A stretch of DNA of 64,000 nucleotides from Syntrophobacterales bacterium. Lineage in GTDB: Bacteria; Desulfobacterota; Syntrophia; Syntrophales; UBA2192. The notes under the pieces are model-generated. The model made no database searches. It was not told where the DNA came from and saw only the letters and a program-made list of their open reading frames with translations. Positions 37,403 to 50,108 of this stretch are shown here, piece by piece. The translations under genes were made by a program, and so were the position numbers. The stretch spans positions 101,235 to 165,234 of the forward strand of contig JAGPKU010000001.1 of the NCBI GenBank assembly GCA_018053845.1, read 5' to 3'. How positions within the stretch are numbered: the stretch's first letter is position 1; the number at the start of each line of letters is the position of its first letter.

Positions 37403-37909
37403 CTAGATGTCGGCCACGTCCTTGCCCCTCAACGCCGCGATCTGTCCGGCGGACCGGAGCCGGCGGAGCCCGTCGAGGGTCGCCTTGACGAGGTTGTGCG
37501 GGTTGTGGGAGCCCAGGCACTTGGTGAGCACGTTCTGGACGCCGGCCACCTCCAGCACCGCGCGGACGGCGCCGCCCGCGATGAGGCCCGTCCCCTCCGA
37601 GGCGGGCTTCAGCATGACCCGGCCCGCACCGTACTCCCCGACGATCTCGTGGGGGATCGTCCGGTTGGCGATGGAGACCTTGGCCATGCTCTTGCGGGCC
37701 TTCTCCATCCCCTTGCGGATCGCCTCGGGCACCTCGTTGGCCTTCCCGAGCCCGGCGCCGACGGAGCCCTTGCCGTCCCCGACGACCACGATGGCGCTGA
37801 ACCGGAACCGCCGGCCGCCCTTGACGACCTTGGCCGTGCGGTTGATCGCCACGACGCGGTCCAGGATCTCCGTCTCTTCCACCATGAATTCTTTTCTGTC
37901 CCTGTCCAA
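37403..37909 (-). CDS. rpsE: 30S ribosomal protein S5 (uS5)
   Basis: [44 protein letters not shown] start at 37909 with SD AAGGGAG (alternative ATG 37885). Confidence 0.96.
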   Translation of the reverse strand: MDRDRKEFMVEETEILDRVVAINRTAKVVKGGRRFRFSAIVVVGDGKGSVGAGLGKANEVPEAIRKGMEKARKSMAKVSIANRTIPHEIVGEYGAGRVMLKPASEGTGLIAGGAVRAVLEVAGVQNVLTKCLGSHNPHNLVKATLDGLRRLRSAGQIAALRGKDVADI

Positions 37910-37937
37910 CGGTCGCTCCCTTTTTGCCTTTCGGATT

Positions 37938-38309
37938 CTAGAATTTCAGACCCGCTTCCCGCGCCCCTTCGGCCAGGGCCTTCACCCGGCCGTGATAGAG
38001 GAAGGGGCCCCGGTCATAGACCGCCGAGTCGATCTGCAGGGCGAGCAGCTTCTTGGCCATGAGCTTGCCCACCTCGGCGGCGGCGGCCGTCTTTTGCATC
38101 TTCGCGATCGTCCCGGCGATCTCCTTGCTGCGCGTGGAGGCCTCGGCCAGCGTCCGGCCCGCCTCGTCGTCGACGGCCTGCACGTAGATGTGCCTCGCGC
38201 TGCGGAACACGGCGAGTCGGGGACGTCCGGCCGTCCCGGCCACCTTGCCCCGGACGCGCTTCTTGCGCTTGTCCCGGATCTTCTGGATCTTCTTGGCTGA
38301 CGATAACAC
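37938..38309 (-). CDS. rplR: 50S ribosomal protein L18 (uL18)
   Basis: [24 protein letters not shown]-terminal [18 protein letters not shown] start. Confidence 0.97.
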   Translation of the reverse strand: MLSSAKKIQKIRDKRKKRVRGKVAGTAGRPRLAVFRSARHIYVQAVDDEAGRTLAEASTRSKEIAGTIAKMQKTAAAAEVGKLMAKKLLALQIDSAVYDRGPFLYHGRVKALAEGAREAGLKF

Positions 38310-38353
38310 GGTTCTACCCTCTTCGTGAGTGTGGGGTTGTGGGCCCGAGAGCC

Positions 38354-38893
38354 TTATGCGCCGGCGGACTTGCCGACCTTGCGCCGCACGACCTCGCCCG
38401 CGTAGCGGATCCCCTTGCCCTTGTAGGGCTCGGGCTTGCGCTTGGCGCGGATCTCGGCGGCGACCCGGCCCACCATCTCCTTGTCGATCCCGGAGACGGT
38501 GAGGCTCGTCTGCTTCTCGATCTTCACCGCGATCCCCGGCGGGACCTCGTAGGTGAGCGGCACGGAATAGCCGACGAAGAGCTTGAGCGTCGTACCCGCC
38601 ATCTCCGCACGGAATCCGACCCCGGAGATCTCGAGCCCCTTCGTGAACCCCTCGCTCACCCCCGTGACCATGTTGGCCACAAGCGTCCGGGTGAGTCCGT
38701 GCAGGGCCCCGGCCCGACGCCCCTCGTGGGTGGTCTTCACGGCGAGGGTCTTTCCCTCCTGGACGATCTCGATGTCCCGGGGCAGCGCCCTCGAGAGGGT
38801 CCCCTTGGGACCCGTCACCTGGATCTCGCCGCCGGCGACCTTGACCGTCACCTTGTCCGGCAGGGCGATGATTCTCTTCCCGATTCTTGACAT
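38354..38893 (-). CDS. rplF: 50S ribosomal protein L6 (uL6)
   Basis: MSRIGK..I.LP..V.V......I.V.GPKG.L; [13 protein letters not shown]. Confidence 0.98.
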   Translation of the reverse strand: MSRIGKRIIALPDKVTVKVAGGEIQVTGPKGTLSRALPRDIEIVQEGKTLAVKTTHEGRRAGALHGLTRTLVANMVTGVSEGFTKGLEISGVGFRAEMAGTTLKLFVGYSVPLTYEVPPGIAVKIEKQTSLTVSGIDKEMVGRVAAEIRAKRKPEPYKGKGIRYAGEVVRRKVGKSAGA

Positions 38894-38915
38894 GGGTGTC
38901 TCTCCTGCTGTGCGC

Positions 38916-39317
38916 TTACCAGACGTTGCAGACGATCTCGCCGCCCACGTTCTGCTGCCTGGCTTCCTTGTCCGTCATGATCCCCCGGGGCGTCGACACG
39001 ATGGCCACCCCGAAGCCGTTGTAGACCTTGGGGATCTTCTTGCTCGAGACGTAGATCCTCCGGCCCGGCCGGCTCACCCGCTGCAGGTCCTGGATGACGC
39101 GGCCCCTGGCGTCGGTGTACTTGAGGTAGATCTTCAGGACGTCCTTCTTGTGGGCGTCCTTCTTCACGTCGAAGCCGCTGATGTAGCCGGTGCGCTTGAG
39201 GACCTTGACGATCTCCAGGTTCATCCTCGAGAGCTGGGCGTTCACGCTGCGGAACTTCATGCGGTTGGCGTTCCGGATTCTCGTCAGCATATCCGCGATC
39301 GGATCGGTCATACCCAT
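38916..39317 (-). CDS. rpsH: 30S ribosomal protein S8 (uS8)
   Basis: TDPIADMLTRIRNA......V......S.....I..VLK..GYI; GGE..C.VW C-terminus. Start ATG 39317 (or 39311). Confidence 0.97.
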   Translation of the reverse strand: MGMTDPIADMLTRIRNANRMKFRSVNAQLSRMNLEIVKVLKRTGYISGFDVKKDAHKKDVLKIYLKYTDARGRVIQDLQRVSRPGRRIYVSSKKIPKVYNGFGVAIVSTPRGIMTDKEARQQNVGGEIVCNVW

Positions 39318-39337
39318 ACATCCATGCTCCTTGCCGT

Positions 39338-39523
39338 CTACCAGCTCGATTTGATCACGCCGGGGATCTCCCCCCACGAGGCGTACTTGCGCAGGCAGAT
39401 GCGGCACATGTTGAACTTGCGGTAGTACGCCCGGGGCCTCCCGCAGATCGGGCAGCGGTTGTACTCCCGGACGGAAAACTTCTTCTTCCGCTTCGCTTTG
39501 GCAATCAGGGATTTCTTGGCCAC
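39338..39523 (-). CDS. rpsN: 30S ribosomal protein S14 type Z (uS14, Cys4 zinc form)
   Basis: 61 aa. [22 protein letters not shown]. Confidence 0.97.
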   Translation of the reverse strand: MAKKSLIAKAKRKKKFSVREYNRCPICGRPRAYYRKFNMCRICLRKYASWGEIPGVIKSSW

Positions 39524-39544
39524 GGTGTTCCTCCGTCTCGTTTC

Positions 39545-40084
39545 CTAGTTCCGGAAGGGCATGCCCAGGAGCCGCAGCAGATGCCGGGCCTCCTCGTCGG
39601 TCCTGGCCGTCGTGACGATGACCACGTTCATGCCCTTGACCTTGTCGATCTTGTCGTAGTCGATCTCGGGGAAGATGAACTGCTCCTTGATCCCCATGGC
39701 GAAGTTGCCGCGGCCGTCGAAGGAGCTGGGCGGGATGCCCCGGAAGTCGCGGATCCGGGGAAGCGCCACGTTCACCAGACGGTCGAAGAACTCGTACATG
39801 CGCTCCTTGCGCAGGGTCACCATGCAGCCGATGGACATGCCCTTGCGCAGCTTGAAGGTGGCGATGGACTTGCGGGCCTTGGTGATCACGGGCTTCTGGC
39901 CCGTCAGGGCCCCGATCTCCGCCGAGGCGCTCTCGAGGATCTTGACGTTCTGGATCGCCTCGCCCAGGCCCATGTTCACGATGATCTTCTCCAGCCGGGG
40001 CACCTGCATCGTGTTGCGGTACCCGAACTGCTTCATCATCGCCGGGACGACTTCGCTCTTGTAGTAGTCTTTGAGTCTTGCCAT
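39545..40084 (-). CDS. rplE: 50S ribosomal protein L5 (uL5)
   Basis: [12 protein letters not shown].....F.Y.N.MQVP.L.KIV.NMG.GEA. Confidence 0.98.
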   Translation of the reverse strand: MARLKDYYKSEVVPAMMKQFGYRNTMQVPRLEKIIVNMGLGEAIQNVKILESASAEIGALTGQKPVITKARKSIATFKLRKGMSIGCMVTLRKERMYEFFDRLVNVALPRIRDFRGIPPSSFDGRGNFAMGIKEQFIFPEIDYDKIDKVKGMNVVIVTTARTDEEARHLLRLLGMPFRN

Positions 40085-40101
40085 GGTTCCCTATCCCCGG
40101 T

Positions 40102-40422
40102 TTACTGATCGAGCTGCTCGTTGCACTTGCGGCAGATGCGGACCTTCTTGCCGTCCTCGAGCGTCTTGAACCCGATCCGGACGCCCGTGCCGCACTTCGC
40201 GCACAGGGGCGCGACGTTGGAGGCGTGCAGCGGGGCCTCCTTCTCCATGATGCCGCCCTTGCTCTTCTGATCGGGCCGCTGGTGGCGCTTGATCATGTTG
40301 AGCTTCTCGACCACGACCCTGTCGCCGCCGGCCAGGATCTTCGTGATCTTGCCGGTCTTCCCCTTTTCCCTGCCGGCGAGGACCTTCACCGTGTCGCCCT
40401 TTTTCAGTCGGTTCGTCTGCAT
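40102..40422 (-). CDS. rplX: 50S ribosomal protein L24 (uL24) with CxxC...CxxC in the C-terminal hairpin
   Basis: KKGDTVKVLAGREKGKTGKI (KOW), then LCAKCGTGVRIGFKTLEDGKKVRICRKCNE. Start ATG 40422. Confidence 0.96.
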   Translation of the reverse strand: MQTNRLKKGDTVKVLAGREKGKTGKITKILAGGDRVVVEKLNMIKRHQRPDQKSKGGIMEKEAPLHASNVAPLCAKCGTGVRIGFKTLEDGKKVRICRKCNEQLDQ

Positions 40423-40445
40423 GCTCGTTCCCCGTCCCCTGCGGC

Positions 40446-40814
40446 TCACAGCACTTCCGGAGCCAGCGAGATGATCTTCATGAACTGCTTGGCGCGAAGC
40501 TCGCGGGCCACGGGCCCGAAAATGCGCGTCCCCACGGGCTCCATCTGGTTGTTGATGAGCACCGCCGAGTTGTCGTCGAACTTGAGGTACGTCCCGTCGG
40601 GCCGCCTGACCTCCTTCCTCGTCCGGACGACGACGGCCTTCATGACGTCGCCCTTCTTGACCTTGGCGTTGGGGATCGCCTCCTTGACGGAGACCACGAT
40701 CACGTCCCCCACGGTGGCGGTGCGCTTGCGCGACCCGCCCAGCACGCCGATGCAGGACACCTTCCTGGCCCCCGAGTTGTCCGCGGCATTCAAAATGGTA
40801 CGCATCTGAATCAT
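40446..40814 (-). CDS. rplN: 50S ribosomal protein L14 (uL14)
   Basis: MIQMRT.L..ADNSGA......V.GGS. Confidence 0.98.
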   Translation of the reverse strand: MIQMRTILNAADNSGARKVSCIGVLGGSRKRTATVGDVIVVSVKEAIPNAKVKKGDVMKAVVVRTRKEVRRPDGTYLKFDDNSAVLINNQMEPVGTRIFGPVARELRAKQFMKIISLAPEVL

Positions 40815-40845
40815 ATCGACACCCCGTTCTGTTTCCGATCCCGGG

Positions 40846-41103
40846 CTACTTCGCCTTCTCCAGGATCTGGCGCACCCTCCAGCGCTTGTCCCGGCTCAGC
40901 GGACGGGACTCGACGATCAGCACCGTGTCGCCCACGCCGCACTCGTTGCGCTCGTCGTGGGCCTTGTACTTCCGGTGCCGGCGCACGTATTTCCGGAATC
41001 CCGTGTGCTTGACGAGCCGCTCCGTCTTGACGACGACGGTCTTGTCCATCTTGTCGCTGACGACGACCCCCTTGATGGTCCGCTTGTTTCCCCTCTGGTC
41101 CAT
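40846..41103 (-). CDS. rpsQ: 30S ribosomal protein S17 (uS17)
   Basis: [12 protein letters not shown].......H....KY.....K..AHDE.N....GD.V.I.E.RPLS..K.W. Confidence 0.97.
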   Translation of the reverse strand: MDQRGNKRTIKGVVVSDKMDKTVVVKTERLVKHTGFRKYVRRHRKYKAHDERNECGVGDTVLIVESRPLSRDKRWRVRQILEKAK

Positions 41104-41105
41104 AC

Positions 41106-41300
41106 CTATTTCTGCAGCTCCTTCTGCTTCATGACGGTCTTGATGCGGGCGATGTCCCGGCGGACGTTCCTCAAGGCCGCGGGGGAGTCCAGCTGCCCCG
41201 TCGCCTGCCGGATTTTCAGCTTGAAGAGCTCTTCCGTGAGGTCGCGCTGCTTGACCCGGAGCTCGTCGAGGCTCAGGTCCCTGATTTCCTTACTCTTCAT
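41106..41300 (-). CDS. rpmC: 50S ribosomal protein L29 (uL29)
   Basis: [13 protein letters not shown]......L..ELF.L....ATGQL. 64 aa. Confidence 0.96.
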   Translation of the reverse strand: MKSKEIRDLSLDELRVKQRDLTEELFKLKIRQATGQLDSPAALRNVRRDIARIKTVMKQKELQK

Positions 41301-41712
41301 CGAAGATATCCCTCGTCAAGAATTTCGTCGGAACGGGCAGCTTGTGCGCCGCCAGGCGGAAGGCCTCCCGGGCCACCTCCGGGGAGACGCCCTCCATCTC
41401 GTACATGACGGTCCCGGGCCTCACCGTCGCGATCCACCCTTCCGGGGCGCCCTTGCCCTTGCCCATGCGGGTCTCGGCGGGCTTTTTCGTGAACGACTTG
41501 TGGGGGAAGATGCGGATCCAGATCTTCCCGCCGCGCTTGATGTGGCGCGTCATGGCGACACGGGCGCTCTCGATCTGCTGGGCCGTGATCCGGCCCGGCG
41601 CCAACGCCTGGAGCCCGTACTGGCCGAAGGACACCTTGTTGCCCTTGGTGGCCTTGCCGCCCAGCCTGCCCTTCTGGATCTTTCGGAACTTGATGCGTTT
41701 CGGACTTAACAT
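41290..41712 (-). CDS. rplP: 50S ribosomal protein L16 (uL16)
   Basis: MLSPKR.K.RK...GR..G.A..G..V.FG..GL. Confidence 0.98.
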   Translation of the reverse strand: MLSPKRIKFRKIQKGRLGGKATKGNKVSFGQYGLQALAPGRITAQQIESARVAMTRHIKRGGKIWIRIFPHKSFTKKPAETRMGKGKGAPEGWIATVRPGTVMYEMEGVSPEVAREAFRLAAHKLPVPTKFLTRDIFDEE

Positions 41713-41746
41713 CGTCTATGTCTCCTCGTTGCCGGTTCCCGCCGTC

Positions 41747-42394
41747 CTAGGCGCTGGCCTGCTTCTTGTCGGGCAGCACGTCCCCGTGGTAGATGAGCAC
41801 CTTGACCCCGATGGCCCCGTAGGTCGTCCGCGCCTCGGCGAAGCCGTAGTCGATGTCGGCCCGCAGGGTGTGCAGGGGCACCTTGCCCTCGCGGTACCAC
41901 TCCATCCGGGACATCTCGGCGCCCCCGAGGCGGCCCGAGCAGGTGATGCGGATCCCCTTGGCCCCGAACTTCAGGGCCGAGGTCACGCTCTTCTTCATGG
42001 CCCGCCGGAAGGCGATGCGGCGCTCGAGCTGCAGGGCCACGTTCTCGGCCACGAGCTGGGCGTCGATCTCGGGCTTGCGGACCTCGAGGATGTTGATGAT
42101 CGTCTCGCCGCCGGTCATGCCGTCGAGGTCCTTCTTGAGCTTCTCGATCTCGGAGCCCTTCTTCCCGATGATGATGCCGGGGCGGGCGGCGTGGATGTTC
42201 ACCTTCGCCTTGTCGGCGGCCCGCTCGATCTCGATCTTCGAGATGCCCGCGTGGTAGAATTTCTTCTTCAGGAACTTGCGGAGCTTGATGTCCTGGTGGA
42301 CGAGGGTGCCGTAGTTCTTCTCGGCGAACCACTTCGAGCTCCAGCCCTTGTTGATCCCCAGCCTCAGTCCGATCGGGTTTACCTTCTGACCCAA
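41747..42394 (-). CDS. rpsC: 30S ribosomal protein S3 (uS3)
   Basis: [13 protein letters not shown]...W.S.W; KH domain; [30 protein letters not shown] start with SD GAAGGAGGA. Confidence 0.98.
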   Translation of the reverse strand: MGQKVNPIGLRLGINKGWSSKWFAEKNYGTLVHQDIKLRKFLKKKFYHAGISKIEIERAADKAKVNIHAARPGIIIGKKGSEIEKLKKDLDGMTGGETIINILEVRKPEIDAQLVAENVALQLERRIAFRRAMKKSVTSALKFGAKGIRITCSGRLGGAEMSRMEWYREGKVPLHTLRADIDYGFAEARTTYGAIGVKVLIYHGDVLPDKKQASA

Positions 42395-42413
42395 GATCCA
42401 ATCCTCCTTCGTC

Positions 42414-42746
42414 TTACTGCTCGTCGAGAACGACGGTGATGTGGCTCATCCGGCGCTTGATCGGTGCCACGCGCCCCATGGTCTTCGCCTTGTGGCGCTT
42501 CAGGGCCGGCCCCTGGTCCACGAAGATCTCCTTCACGAAGAGGATCTTCTCGTCGATGTTCGGGTTCTGCGTCGCGTTGGCCACGGCGCTCTGGAGGACC
42601 TTTTTCACGAGCCCCGCGGCCCGTTTGCGCGAAAAGGCCAGGATCCGGTCGGCCTCCTCGACCTTCAGGCCCCGGACGAGATCGACGACGAGCCGCGCCT
42701 TCTGCGGCGAAATCCTCACGAATCGTGCAACTGCTCTTGCTTCCAT
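42414..42746 (-). CDS. rplV: 50S ribosomal protein L22 (uL22)
   Basis: [30 protein letters not shown]. Confidence 0.97.
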   Translation of the reverse strand: MEARAVARFVRISPQKARLVVDLVRGLKVEEADRILAFSRKRAAGLVKKVLQSAVANATQNPNIDEKILFVKEIFVDQGPALKRHKAKTMGRVAPIKRRMSHITVVLDEQ

Positions 42747-42789
42747 GGCGTCCCTGTCTCCGGTTCTCCCGTTTCCCCGCGTGCGGCGA

Positions 42790-43071
42790 TTACTTGCGCA
42801 CCTTGGTCTTGCGGTCGCCCGCATGGCTGAAGAATGTCCGCGTCGGCGCAAACTCCCCGAGCTTGTGGCCCACCATGTTCTCCGTGACGAACACGGGGAT
42901 GAACTTCTTGCCGTTGTGGACGGCAAAGGTGTGCCCGATCAATTCCGGGGTGATCGTGGAGCGGCGCGACCAGGTCTTGATGACCGCCCGGTCCCCGGCC
43001 GCCTCGGCTCTCCGGACCTTCTCCGCCAGCTTCGCCTCGATGTACGGACCTTTCTTGATTGAGCGTGCCAC
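42790..43071 (-). CDS. rpsS: 30S ribosomal protein S19 (uS19)
   Basis: (V)ARSIKKGPY......K........[40 protein letters not shown] start at 43071 shares one base with the rplB TAG stop. Confidence 0.96.
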   Translation of the reverse strand: MARSIKKGPYIEAKLAEKVRRAEAAGDRAVIKTWSRRSTITPELIGHTFAVHNGKKFIPVFVTENMVGHKLGEFAPTRTFFSHAGDRKTKVRK

Positions 43072-43898
43072 TATTTCTTGTCCCTCTTCTTGATGATGTA
43101 TTTGTCCGTGGTCTTGTTCCTGCGCGTCTTGTACCCCTTCGTCGGCACGCCCCAGGGGCTGCAGGGGTGACGGCCGCCCGAGGTCTTGCCTTCGCCGCCG
43201 CCCATCGGGTGATCGATGGGGTTCATGGCCACGCCGCGCACCCGGGGCTTCTGGCCGAGCCAGCGGGTACGCCCCGCCTTGCCGATGCTGACGCCCTCGT
43301 GGGTCACGTTGCCCACCTGGCCGATGGTGGCCTTGCACTCGATGTGGACCTTCCGGACCTCGCCGGAGGGGAGCCGCACCTGGGCGTAGGCGCCTTCCTT
43401 GGCCATGAGCTGCGCGTAGGTGCCGGCGGAACGGACCATCTGGGCCCCCTTGCCGGGCCGCAGCTCGATGTTGTGGATGAGCGACCCCAGGGGGATGTTC
43501 CGCAGCGGCATGGCGTTGCCGGGCTTGATGTCGGCGGCGGCGCTCGTGATCACCGCGTCGCCCACCTTCAGGTCCACGGGGGCCACGATGTAGCGCTTCT
43601 CGCCGTCGGCATAGCTCACCAGGGCGATCCGCGCCGAGCGGTTCGGGTCGTACTCGATGGTCTTCACCTTGGCCGGGATGTCCGTCTTGTCGCGGCGGAA
43701 GTCCACCACGCGGTACTTGCGCTTGTGCCCGCCCCCGCGGTGGCGGCTCGTCATGCGGCCGGCGTTGTTGCGGCCGCCCGTCTTCTTGACCGGCTTCGTC
43801 AGGCTCTTCTCGGGCTCGGCGGCCGTGATCTCCTCGAAGGTCGAGTAGGTCTGGTAGCGCCGGGCCGGCGTCGTGGGCTTCATGGTTTTGATCGCCAT
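43071..43898 (-). CDS. rplB: 50S ribosomal protein L2 (uL2)
   Basis: 275 aa. GGRNN.G.IT.RH.GGGHK..YR.IDF.R; [15 protein letters not shown]. Confidence 0.98.
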   Translation of the reverse strand: MAIKTMKPTTPARRYQTYSTFEEITAAEPEKSLTKPVKKTGGRNNAGRMTSRHRGGGHKRKYRVVDFRRDKTDIPAKVKTIEYDPNRSARIALVSYADGEKRYIVAPVDLKVGDAVITSAAADIKPGNAMPLRNIPLGSLIHNIELRPGKGAQMVRSAGTYAQLMAKEGAYAQVRLPSGEVRKVHIECKATIGQVGNVTHEGVSIGKAGRTRWLGQKPRVRGVAMNPIDHPMGGGEGKTSGGRHPCSPWGVPTKGYKTRRNKTTDKYIIKKRDKK

Positions 43899-43915
43899 GG
43901 GTCGTACCCCTTGTC

Positions 43916-44200
43916 CTAGACTTTGTCGAAGATTTCGATGGTGCTGCCGGGCGCCACGGTGACGACGGCCTTTTTCCAGTCGCTCTTCTTCCCCATGAGC
44001 CGCCCGTAGCGCTTCTTCTTGCCCAGCAGGTTCTGGGTCCGCACGCCGATCACCTTCACCTTGAAGAGCTTCTCCACGGCCTTCCCGATCTCGATCTTGT
44101 TGGCCCGCGGGTCCACCTCGAAGATGTACTGGTTGCCCTCACGCAGGAGGGTCGATTTTTCGGTCACCAGCGGCCGTCGGATGATCTGATGGAGTTCCAT
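43916..44200 (-). CDS. rplW: 50S ribosomal protein L23 (uL23)
   Basis: I.RPLVTEKS......N.Y.F.V...ANK.EI..AVE..F.VKV..V.T. Confidence 0.97.
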   Translation of the reverse strand: MELHQIIRRPLVTEKSTLLREGNQYIFEVDPRANKIEIGKAVEKLFKVKVIGVRTQNLLGKKKRYGRLMGKKSDWKKAVVTVAPGSTIEIFDKV

Positions 44201-44820
44201 TATGCCAGCGCCCCCTCTATCTTTTGAATCGAGGGCTCCAGCAGCACGAGGCTGTCGTACTTCAGCAGGTCGTAGACGTTGATGCCCTCGCATCGCATCA
44301 TTTTCACATCGGGGAGGTTCCGGGAGGACTTCTCGAGGACCGCGTCTGGCCGGTCGATCACGACGAGGGTCTTCTTGAGCCCGAACCGGTCGAGGACCTC
44401 CTTGAACTTCTTCGTCTTCGCCTCGGCCAGGGGGAAGTCCTTCAGCACCAGGAGCTTCTCCTCCTGGACCTTCAGGCTGAGCGCCGAGATGAGGGCGAGC
44501 CGGCGCACCTTTTTGGGCACCGTAAAGGAGTAGTCCCTCGGCGTGGGCCCGAAGACCGTCCCGCCGCCCCTCCAGAGGGGCGAGCGCGTGGTGCCCGCGC
44601 GGGCCCGGCCGGTGCCCTTCTGGCGCCAGGGCTTCTTGCCGCCGCCGCTGATCTCGCCGCGTTCCTTGGTGTCGTGGGTGCCCTGCCGCTTCGCGGCCGT
44701 CTGCATCCGGACGACCTCGTAGATGACGTCCCGGTTGACCTCGGCCCCGAAGACGGCGTCGTTGAGCGTCACCTCGGCCACCTTGTTCTTCTCGATATCG
44801 TACACACTCACCACGGGCAT
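44200..44820 (-). CDS. rplD: 50S ribosomal protein L4 (uL4)
   Basis: 206 aa from [37 protein letters not shown]. The ORF extension to 45561 is an alternative-frame artefact over rplC. Confidence 0.97.
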   Translation of the reverse strand: MPVVSVYDIEKNKVAEVTLNDAVFGAEVNRDVIYEVVRMQTAAKRQGTHDTKERGEISGGGKKPWRQKGTGRARAGTTRSPLWRGGGTVFGPTPRDYSFTVPKKVRRLALISALSLKVQEEKLLVLKDFPLAEAKTKKFKEVLDRFGLKKTLVVIDRPDAVLEKSSRNLPDVKMMRCEGINVYDLLKYDSLVLLEPSIQKIEGALA

Positions 44821-44843
44821 GGTTCGTTCACTCCAGTTGCTTC

Positions 44844-45476
44844 TCAGCTCTTTTTGACGGCGTTCTTGATCACGACGATCCCGTTCTTGCTCCCCGGGAC
44901 GGCGCCCTTGACGAGGATGACGTTGAGCTCGGGTCGCACGCCCATGACGAGGAGGTTCTGCACCGTCTTGCGCTCGTCGCCCATGTGGCCCGGCAGCCGC
45001 TGCCCCTTGAAGACGCGCGAGGGGAAGGCGCTGGCGCCGATGGAGCCGGGGGCGCGGTGGAACATGGAGCCGTGCGTGGCCCGGCCGCCGCGGAAGCCGT
45101 GCCGCTTCACGCCGCCGGCGAACCCGCGTCCCTTGCTCGTCCCGGTGACGTCGACGTAGTCGCCCACCTCGAACAGCGACGCCGTCAGCTCCTGGCCCAG
45201 CTCGAACTCGGCGGCCGCCTGCATCTTGAACTCGCGCAGCACCCGGAAGAACCCCCGGTCGGCCTTGGCGAAGTGGCCCTGCAGGGGCTTGGTCACGCCG
45301 GCCTGCCGCTTGCGGTCGAAGCCGAGCTGGACGGCGTTGTAGCCGTCGGTGGCCTCGGTCTTCTTCTGGATCACGTAACAGGGCCCCGCCTCGATCACCG
45401 TGACGGGCACCGAGGCCCCGTCGGCGGCGAAGATCTGGGTCATCCCCAACTTTCTGCCTATCAATCCCTTTTCCAT
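44844..45476 (-). CDS. rplC: 50S ribosomal protein L3 (uL3)
   Basis: MEKGLIGRKLGMTQIF......PVTVIEAGPC. Start ATG 45476 chosen by homology (alternative GTG 45485). Confidence 0.97.
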   Translation of the reverse strand: MEKGLIGRKLGMTQIFAADGASVPVTVIEAGPCYVIQKKTEATDGYNAVQLGFDRKRQAGVTKPLQGHFAKADRGFFRVLREFKMQAAAEFELGQELTASLFEVGDYVDVTGTSKGRGFAGGVKRHGFRGGRATHGSMFHRAPGSIGASAFPSRVFKGQRLPGHMGDERKTVQNLLVMGVRPELNVILVKGAVPGSKNGIVVIKNAVKKS

Positions 45477-45564
45477 AGCATCCACTTCCGCGCTCGCTGT
45501 GCGTGAGGGAACGAAAAAGGAGATGGATCGGGGGGCGCCCCGCCCATCTCCGTGTCGTCACGCG

Positions 45565-45873
45565 TTACAACTTGATTTCCACGTCGACGCCGGCGGACAG
45601 GTCGAGCTTCATCAGGGCGTCCACCGTGGCCTGCGTGGGATCAATGATGTCGATGAGCCGCTTGTGGGTCCTCACCTCGAACTGCTCCCGGGACTTCTTG
45701 TCCACGTGCGGCGAGCGGTTCACGCAGAACTTGTTGATCATCGTGGGAAGCGGGATGGGGCCCGCGACGCGGGCGCCCGTGCGCTTCGCCGTGTCCACGA
45801 TGTCCTCGGCGGACCGGTCCAGCAGCTTGTAGTCGTACGCCTTCAGACGGATTCGAATCTTCTGATCGGCCAT
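45565..45873 (-). CDS. rpsJ: 30S ribosomal protein S10 (uS10)
   Basis: [11 protein letters not shown]...LD.S...IV.TA.RTGA.V.GPIPLPT. Only 20 nt downstream of tuf. Confidence 0.98.
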   Translation of the reverse strand: MADQKIRIRLKAYDYKLLDRSAEDIVDTAKRTGARVAGPIPLPTMINKFCVNRSPHVDKKSREQFEVRTHKRLIDIIDPTQATVDALMKLDLSAGVDVEIKL

Positions 45874-45893
45874 GATCCGTTCTCAACCCTCGC

Positions 45894-47087
<1,194 letters not shown>

Positions 47088-47130
47088 CTCCAGTTACCTC
47101 CTTGCATTCCGTATGATGATCGATAGTGAG

Positions 47131-49221
47131 TTACTTGGCCCTGTGCCTCGGTTCTTTCTTCTCGATGATGTCCCTGGCCTGCTCCTCCGACACGGCCGCG
47201 TAATGCAGAAACTGCATCGTGTAGGTGGCCCGCCCCTGGGTCTTGGACCGCAGGTCCGTGGCGTAGCCGAACATCTCGGCCAGCGGCACTTCCGCCTGGA
47301 CCGCCTCGGAGCCCGGCCGGGACTCGATCGAGACGATCTTGCCGCGCCGGGAGGTCAGGTTCCCGATCACGTCCCCCAGGTACTCCTTGGGGACGATGAC
47401 CTCGACGGACATCACGGGCTCCAGCAGGACCGGGTGGGCCCGGCGGACCCCGTTCTTGAATCCCATGGAGGCGGCGATCTTGAAGGCCAGCTCCGACGAA
47501 TCCACCTCGTGGTAAGAGCCGTCCACGACGGCCGCCCTGACGTCCACGACGGGGTAGCCGGCCAGCACCCCCTCCTCCATCGCCTCGCGGATGCCCTTTT
47601 CGACGGCGGGGATGTACTCCCGGGGCACCGCTCCGCCGATGATCCGGTTCTCGAAGGTCAGTCCCTTGCCCGGCTCGTTGGGCGCGATCTCGAGCCACAC
47701 GTGGCCGAACTGGCCGCGGCCGCCGGACTGCCGGACGAACCGCCCTTCCGCACGGACGGCCTTGCGGATCGTTTCCTTGTAGGCCACCCGGGGCCGGCCG
47801 ATGTCGGCCCCCAGCCCGAATTCCCGGGAGAGCCGATCCACGATGATCTCGAGGTGGAGTTCGCCCATCCCCGTGATCAGCGTCTGCCCCGTCTCCCGGT
47901 CCACCCTGACCCGGAACGAGGGGTCCTCCCTCTGGATCTTTTCCAGCGCGACGCCCATCTTCTCCTCGTCGGCCTTCGTCTTCGGCTCGATGGCGATGGC
48001 GATGACCGGCTCGGGGAAGCTCAGGGTCTCGAGGACGATCGGGTGATCCGGGTGGCACAGCGTGTCGCCCGTCGCCGTCGACGAGAGACCCACGGCGGCC
48101 ACGATGTCGCCCGTCCGGGCCTCCCGGATGTCCTCGCGCTTGTTGGCGTGCATCTTGAGGATGCGGCCGACACGCTCTCTTTTTTTCTTCGTTGCGTTGA
48201 AGAGGGTGGAACCCGCGTCGAGCACCCCCGAGTACACCCGGATGTAGGTCAGCTGCCCGACGTAGGGGTCCGTGACAATTTTGAAAGCGAGCGCAGCGAA
48301 AGGCTCGTCGTCGCTTGCCGCCCGCAGGACCTCGGCGCCGTCGGGCCCCTTCCCCGCCACGGGCGGCATGTCCGCCGGCGAGGGGAGGTAATCGACGACC
48401 GCGTCCAGGAGCGGCTGGATCCCTTTGTTCTTGAAAGCGGCGCCGCAGCACACCGGGACGACCTTCATGGCGAGGGTCTGTCTCCGGAGCGCGGCCACGA
48501 TCTCCTCGCGGCCCGGCGCGTCGCCCTGCAGGTATTTCCTCATGATCGCGTCATCGACGTCCGCCAGGGACTCGATGAGCCTCTCCCGGGCGGCCCGGGC
48601 CTCGTCCCGGAACTCGGCCGGGATCTCCCGGATGGAGAACTCCGCCCCGAGACGGTCGACGTCGTAGAGCAGCGCCCGCATGCCGATCAGGTCGACGACC
48701 CCGCGGAACCGCTCCTCGGCGCCCACGGGGATCTGGACCGGCACGGCGTTGGCGCCCAGCCGGTCGCGGATCATCTCGACGGCCTTCACGAACCCCGCGC
48801 CCGTGCGGTCCATCTTGTTGATGAAGGCGATGCGGGGCACGCGGTAGCGGTCGGCCTGCCTCCAGACCGTCTCGGACTGGGGCTCCACCCCCTCGACGGC
48901 CGTGAAGAGCGCCACGGCCCCGTCGAGGATGCGCAGCGAGCGTTCCACCTCGATCGTGAAATCCACGTGGCCCGGCGTGTCGATGAGGTTGAGGCGGCAG
49001 TCGCGCCAGGAACAGGTCGTGGCGGCGGAGGTGATCGTGATGCCCCGCTCCTGCTCCTGCTCCATGAAGTCCATGACGGCCGTGCCGTCGTGGACCTCCC
49101 CCATCTTGTAGGAGATGCCCGTGTAGTAGAGGATGCGTTCGGTCACGGTCGTCTTGCCCGCATCGATATGAGCCGTGATGCCGATGTTCCGGACATTCTC
49201 CAATGCGGTCTGCCGTGCCAC
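47131..49221 (-). CDS. fusA: Elongation factor G
   Basis: [34 protein letters not shown]. 696 aa. GTG start at 49221. Confidence 0.98.
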   Translation of the reverse strand: MARQTALENVRNIGITAHIDAGKTTVTERILYYTGISYKMGEVHDGTAVMDFMEQEQERGITITSAATTCSWRDCRLNLIDTPGHVDFTIEVERSLRILDGAVALFTAVEGVEPQSETVWRQADRYRVPRIAFINKMDRTGAGFVKAVEMIRDRLGANAVPVQIPVGAEERFRGVVDLIGMRALLYDVDRLGAEFSIREIPAEFRDEARAARERLIESLADVDDAIMRKYLQGDAPGREEIVAALRRQTLAMKVVPVCCGAAFKNKGIQPLLDAVVDYLPSPADMPPVAGKGPDGAEVLRAASDDEPFAALAFKIVTDPYVGQLTYIRVYSGVLDAGSTLFNATKKKRERVGRILKMHANKREDIREARTGDIVAAVGLSSTATGDTLCHPDHPIVLETLSFPEPVIAIAIEPKTKADEEKMGVALEKIQREDPSFRVRVDRETGQTLITGMGELHLEIIVDRLSREFGLGADIGRPRVAYKETIRKAVRAEGRFVRQSGGRGQFGHVWLEIAPNEPGKGLTFENRIIGGAVPREYIPAVEKGIREAMEEGVLAGYPVVDVRAAVVDGSYHEVDSSELAFKIAASMGFKNGVRRAHPVLLEPVMSVEVIVPKEYLGDVIGNLTSRRGKIVSIESRPGSEAVQAEVPLAEMFGYATDLRSKTQGRATYTMQFLHYAAVSEEQARDIIEKKEPRHRAK

Positions 49222-49251
49222 GATGAAACACCCAGCGGTTGTAAAAGAGCG

Positions 49252-49722
49252 CTAGAACCGGTAGTGGGCGAAGGCCTTGTTGGCCTCGGCCATCTTGTGG
49301 ACGTCCTCGCGCTTCTTGACGGAGGCGCCACGGTTTTGTGCGGCGTCCATGAGCTCGCCGGCGAGCTTTTCCCGCATCGTCTTCTCCGCCCGGGACTGGG
49401 CGTTGCCGATGATCCACCGGAAGGCCAGGGCCTGCCTGCGGCCCGGGGCCACTTCCGTGGGGACCTGGTAGGTGGCGCCGCCGACCCGGCGTGAGCGCAC
49501 CTCGATGACCGGCTTGACGTTGTCCAGGGCCTTCTCGAAAACGGCCAGGGGCGGCTCCTTGGCCCGCTTCTCGATGATGTCGAAGGCCCCGTAGAGGATG
49601 CCCTCGGCGGTGCTCTTCTTGCCCTTCTTCATGAGGCTGTTGACGAACTTCGCCACGAGCACGCTGCCGTGCTTCGCGTCGGGCGTGATCTTTCGCTTCT
49701 GGATTTCTCGTCGTCTTGGCAT
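49252..49722 (-). CDS. rpsG: 30S ribosomal protein S7 (uS7)
   Basis: MPRRREI.KR...PD.....LV.KF.N..M..GKKS.AE.I.Y. Confidence 0.98.
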   Translation of the reverse strand: MPRRREIQKRKITPDAKHGSVLVAKFVNSLMKKGKKSTAEGILYGAFDIIEKRAKEPPLAVFEKALDNVKPVIEVRSRRVGGATYQVPTEVAPGRRQALAFRWIIGNAQSRAEKTMREKLAGELMDAAQNRGASVKKREDVHKMAEANKAFAHYRF

Positions 49723-49736
49723 GCTGTCAACCCCGA

Positions 49737-50108
49737 TCAGCTCGGCTTCTTGGCGCCGTACTTCGACCGCCCCTGCTTGCGGTCCTGGACGCCGACGGCA
49801 TCCAGCGTGCCCCGGACGATGTGGTACCGCACGCCGGGGAGGTCCTTCACGCGGCCGCCGCGGACGAGCACGACCGAGTGTTCCTGCAGGTTGTGGCCGA
49901 TGCCCGGGATGTAGGCCGTCACCTCGTAGCCGCTCGTGAGGCGCACGCGGGCCACCTTGCGAAGCGCCGAATTGGGCTTCTTGGGTGTGGTCGTGTAGAC
50001 GCGCACGCAGACGCCGCGCCGCTGCGGGCAGGACACCAGGGCGGGGGTCGTCGTCTTCTTCCGGACCTGCCGCCTTCCTTTTCGCACTAACTGGTTGATC
50101 GTCGGCAT
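49737..50108 (-). CDS. rpsL: 30S ribosomal protein S12 (uS12)
   Basis: MPTINQL.RKGR......[31 protein letters not shown]. Confidence 0.99.
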   Translation of the reverse strand: MPTINQLVRKGRRQVRKKTTTPALVSCPQRRGVCVRVYTTTPKKPNSALRKVARVRLTSGYEVTAYIPGIGHNLQEHSVVLVRGGRVKDLPGVRYHIVRGTLDAVGVQDRKQGRSKYGAKKPS

